From NCBI RefSeq assembly GCF_009914755.1, contig NC_060948.1: 64,000 nucleotides of DNA, one strand, 5' to 3'. Positions 58,249 through 64,000 of this stretch are shown in pieces (within the stretch, counting starts at the first letter, position 1; every line of letters starts with the position of its first letter). The position numbers were made by a program, and so were the translations under genes. A model generated the notes under the pieces. The model saw only the letters and a list, made by a program, of their open reading frames with translations. It was not told the DNA's origin and made no database searches. Source of the stretch: the human T2T-CHM13v2.0 reference genome, Homo sapiens.

Positions 58249-58965
58249 AATTGTATGACATTTTTCTCATAGCAATTCAGATGAACTAAGACAAACAGTA
58301 ATCACCCCTTTTCCACAAAAGTGCTTCGTGAGAAGCATAAAGACTCATGTAGACATTCTGCCGTGGGCGAACACAAGGCTTTGCATCAGGAATCCATTTG
58401 AACTGACATAGAAGAACAGGTTCTCAGGAAGTGATACGGTGAAGCCCAAACCCAGATAACAGACAGACGCCATCGCCGTCCATCAGATAATTGCTTGGAA
58501 AAGCAGGTTCTGAATTCCAAAACTATGCCAACTCTAACTGTGGATGCAATTCCCAAAATACAGCATCAGACAAACTTCAAAGCGAGAAACTGTGCCCACC
58601 GACAAGTAGAGCAGTGTTAATTAGGGACGATGCTCTTTAATCTATAAATAATTAAATGATCACGCAGCTCCCCAGAGAGGTATTAAAAAAATAAAAATAA
58701 AACATAACACACGCAAGTTATTTCACAGACCGCGGTCGATGGCCGGGACAAAGTCTACGCATTACTTTGGGATCCCGTTTGACATTCAACAAAGAGAGAT
58801 GACTTGAGAAACTGGAAGATGGTGCTCAGAAAAGAAAAAAAAAAAGACACGTTTTATGGAGGTCACCTTAAACTTTAGATGGTTTGGGGTGAAAAATAGG
58901 TAAGTTGTTTAGTTTCTAGGTACCGCAATTCGAGCAGGTGCGAGACTGTCTCATGACACAGACTA

Positions 58966-59807
<842 letters not shown>

Positions 59808-59820
59808 TCACCTTTTCTGA

Positions 59821-61318
<1,498 letters not shown>

Positions 61319-61847
61319 GGAATCAGGCAATTTTAGAATAAGGTTTCCAAGCGATGACAATCTGTGCCATACACAGAAGAGAAGGCAGAGATGACGTATG
61401 AATCACTACAGCGCTTGAGGATATACCCTCTCCACGTTGGCTGATATCACCTCATTGCCTTGAGCATCCTTTGTGTTCCCTGCATCAAAGACGACCTACG
61501 TTCTGCCCTGAGTTTCTTCCTTGGAGACAGAAAAGACTCCACGACTGATAACTTTCCCTTGAGGAAATGTTCCCAGCCACGGTCCTTGACTGTGTGTTTA
61601 CCATGAGGTCTGAGAGGCTATGATGAGAAGTCGGTTCTCTGTGGGGAGAATGGTGGCCTTCCACTGTACGATAATTCCAGAACCACACGATGGCATGACT
61701 CATGCCGTGGGTATTTTAAGTCATGGGACTCCTTCCCATATGAGACTTTTGAAAGGGGGTATGCTTGTTACAGCATTAACAAATACTCTTGGAGCTCACT
61801 GTTACACTTCAGTGGGCTCCCGACACTGCCTTGTGATTTGATTTTAG

Positions 61848-62360
<513 letters not shown>

Positions 62361-62364
62361 TAAT

Positions 62365-62953
62365 CTAAACCAGAGGTAATTGTGCCCCCACCAGGGGCAT
62401 TTGGCCATGTTTGGAGACACTGTTGGTTGTCATGACAGAAGAAGGCAAGTTATTGACCTCTGGGGGTTGATACCGGAGATGTTGCTAAACATTCTGCAAA
62501 GCACAAGACAGCTACACAACAAATAATCATCCCATCCTGTTATGAACGGAATGCTGTGTTCACCCCAAATTTATGGGATGAAGATCTAATCACCAGAGTG
62601 ATGATATTAGAAGGTGTGGCTTTGGGGACATAATTAGGGTTAGATGATGTTATGATAGTTGGATCGTCTTAATAGAATTACTGCCCTTATAAGAAGAGAC
62701 CAGGGTGGTGTGTTTTCTCCCTCTCTGTCTCTCTCTCTCCCCCTGTATCATGTGAAGATACAATTAGAAAGTAGCCACATGCAAACCAGGAACCCAACCA
62801 TACTAGCTTTCCAACCTCTGATTTCCAGTCTCCCAAATTGTGAGAAATAAATGTTGGTGGTTGAAGCCTCCCAGTCTGTGGTATTTTGTTATAGCAGCAC
62901 GTGCTGACAGAGACACTGCCAATGTGAATGGTGCTGAAATGAGGAAGCCCTGA
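62365..62953 (+). mobile_element. MER20 DNA transposon split by an MLT1A-like LTR (62538-62916)
   Basis: ccaggggcatttggccatgtttggagacac...gatgttgctaaacattctgc; MLT1A ccaaattgtgagaaataaatg...gtattttgttatagcagc. Confidence 0.8.
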
Positions 62954-64000
62954 GCTAGACTCTTCTGCAGGGTCTTCAGATAGGTGCAGGGCAAAGACCA
63001 AAACTTAGATACCCTCACCTCAAAAGAAGTCAGGGGAACATAATACAACGGGGTCAGCAGCTTATGGGTAGAAACTAGAGAATCCCTGGGGCACCTCATG
63101 ATTCTCTGGTGGTCTTCATTAGTGGTTTGTTGAAGAACAGAAGTATTCGTATTTAACAATGGACGGCTGGCCCTACTCAGCAGGCAAAGATGCTATCAAA
63201 CCCAATGAATCTGAAGCTGCAGGATACATGAGCTGGGTATAAAAGTGAGGCAGGGAGGGGTATCAAAAATGTCAGCCACTGCCCCCTGTCTAGACAGAGA
63301 AGCAAGGAGAGTTGTCTGCTTCAATTCCTTTCTTGCATCTGGGCTAATAAATCTCAACTTGTTTTCTTTTTAGAGATGGATAATAAATAGTCATCATTCA
63401 TCAAAATGATGGGCTTCCCTATTAGAGATTGGGTGCACCAGAGGCTGAATGTACTCATACACCTTGGCTTATAAGGATGGTCTTAAAATGGGTCAGGGGA
63501 GGCATAGAGTCATGGGGCTGAGTCTTCATGACGTCATCTCTTCCCTGTGAAAATGTTTGTACACTTCTTTTTATTGATTTTATTTATTTTTTGCCACTGG
63601 CCAATGTGGATTATACAGGCTTCAAAGCCACCCTTTAAGAGATGCGGGATCTCCCAGTGTACACCAATGGTGGGCATTCCATCCTGGGGTGTGTGGATTT
63701 CTGTGTTGAATGATAGTGCAATATGGTAGAGCATCTAGGCCCACTCTGTTGTATTCTATCATCTGGAGTCCCCTGGAATCCCCTTAACACCCATTTCTGA
63801 GATTAAGCAACAAGAAAAGATGTGGAGAGAGGGACTCCTGCTGCCTTGCACCTCTAGTCATCAGAGAGTTGTTTACTGCAAGACTTCCAGTCACTTGGCA
63901 TGGGTTTCAAGAACAAATAGATCCATTTAGATAAATAAATCATATCAGTATAATCAAACACCTAGTTTGGGTGATGAGACAGTAGTTTACATAAGAGATG

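Overview
Primate (almost certainly human) genomic DNA with no supportable protein-coding gene. It is extremely repeat-dense: about 60 Alus, L1 3' fragments, LTR26, MLT1 and MER20 elements, long CA/GA/TA low-complexity tracts and several VNTRs. Tandem MLT1C ('STIR'-like) units, the low-complexity load and three homeodomain-motif-rich unique islands (about 24.1, 39.9 and 47.5 kb) suggest the X/Y pseudoautosomal (PAR1) gene desert downstream of SHOX. The islands would then be enhancers CNE8, ZED and CNE9/ECS4. That assignment is inferred from recalled spacing and motif content, not from a search. Structure visible in the sequence includes: repeated locally templated insertions (an inverted copy joined to a direct copy of nearby sequence); a young L1 3' end whose 30-nt tail tag has a second, inverted poly(A)-tailed copy about 140 bp away; transposon fragments amplified into tandem arrays; a 170-bp VNTR with dimeric higher-order structure inside a possible bidirectional spliced non-coding cassette; and a region-wide Alu GATTACAG>GATGACAG substitution. 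Repeat boundaries were read by eye and are approximate.
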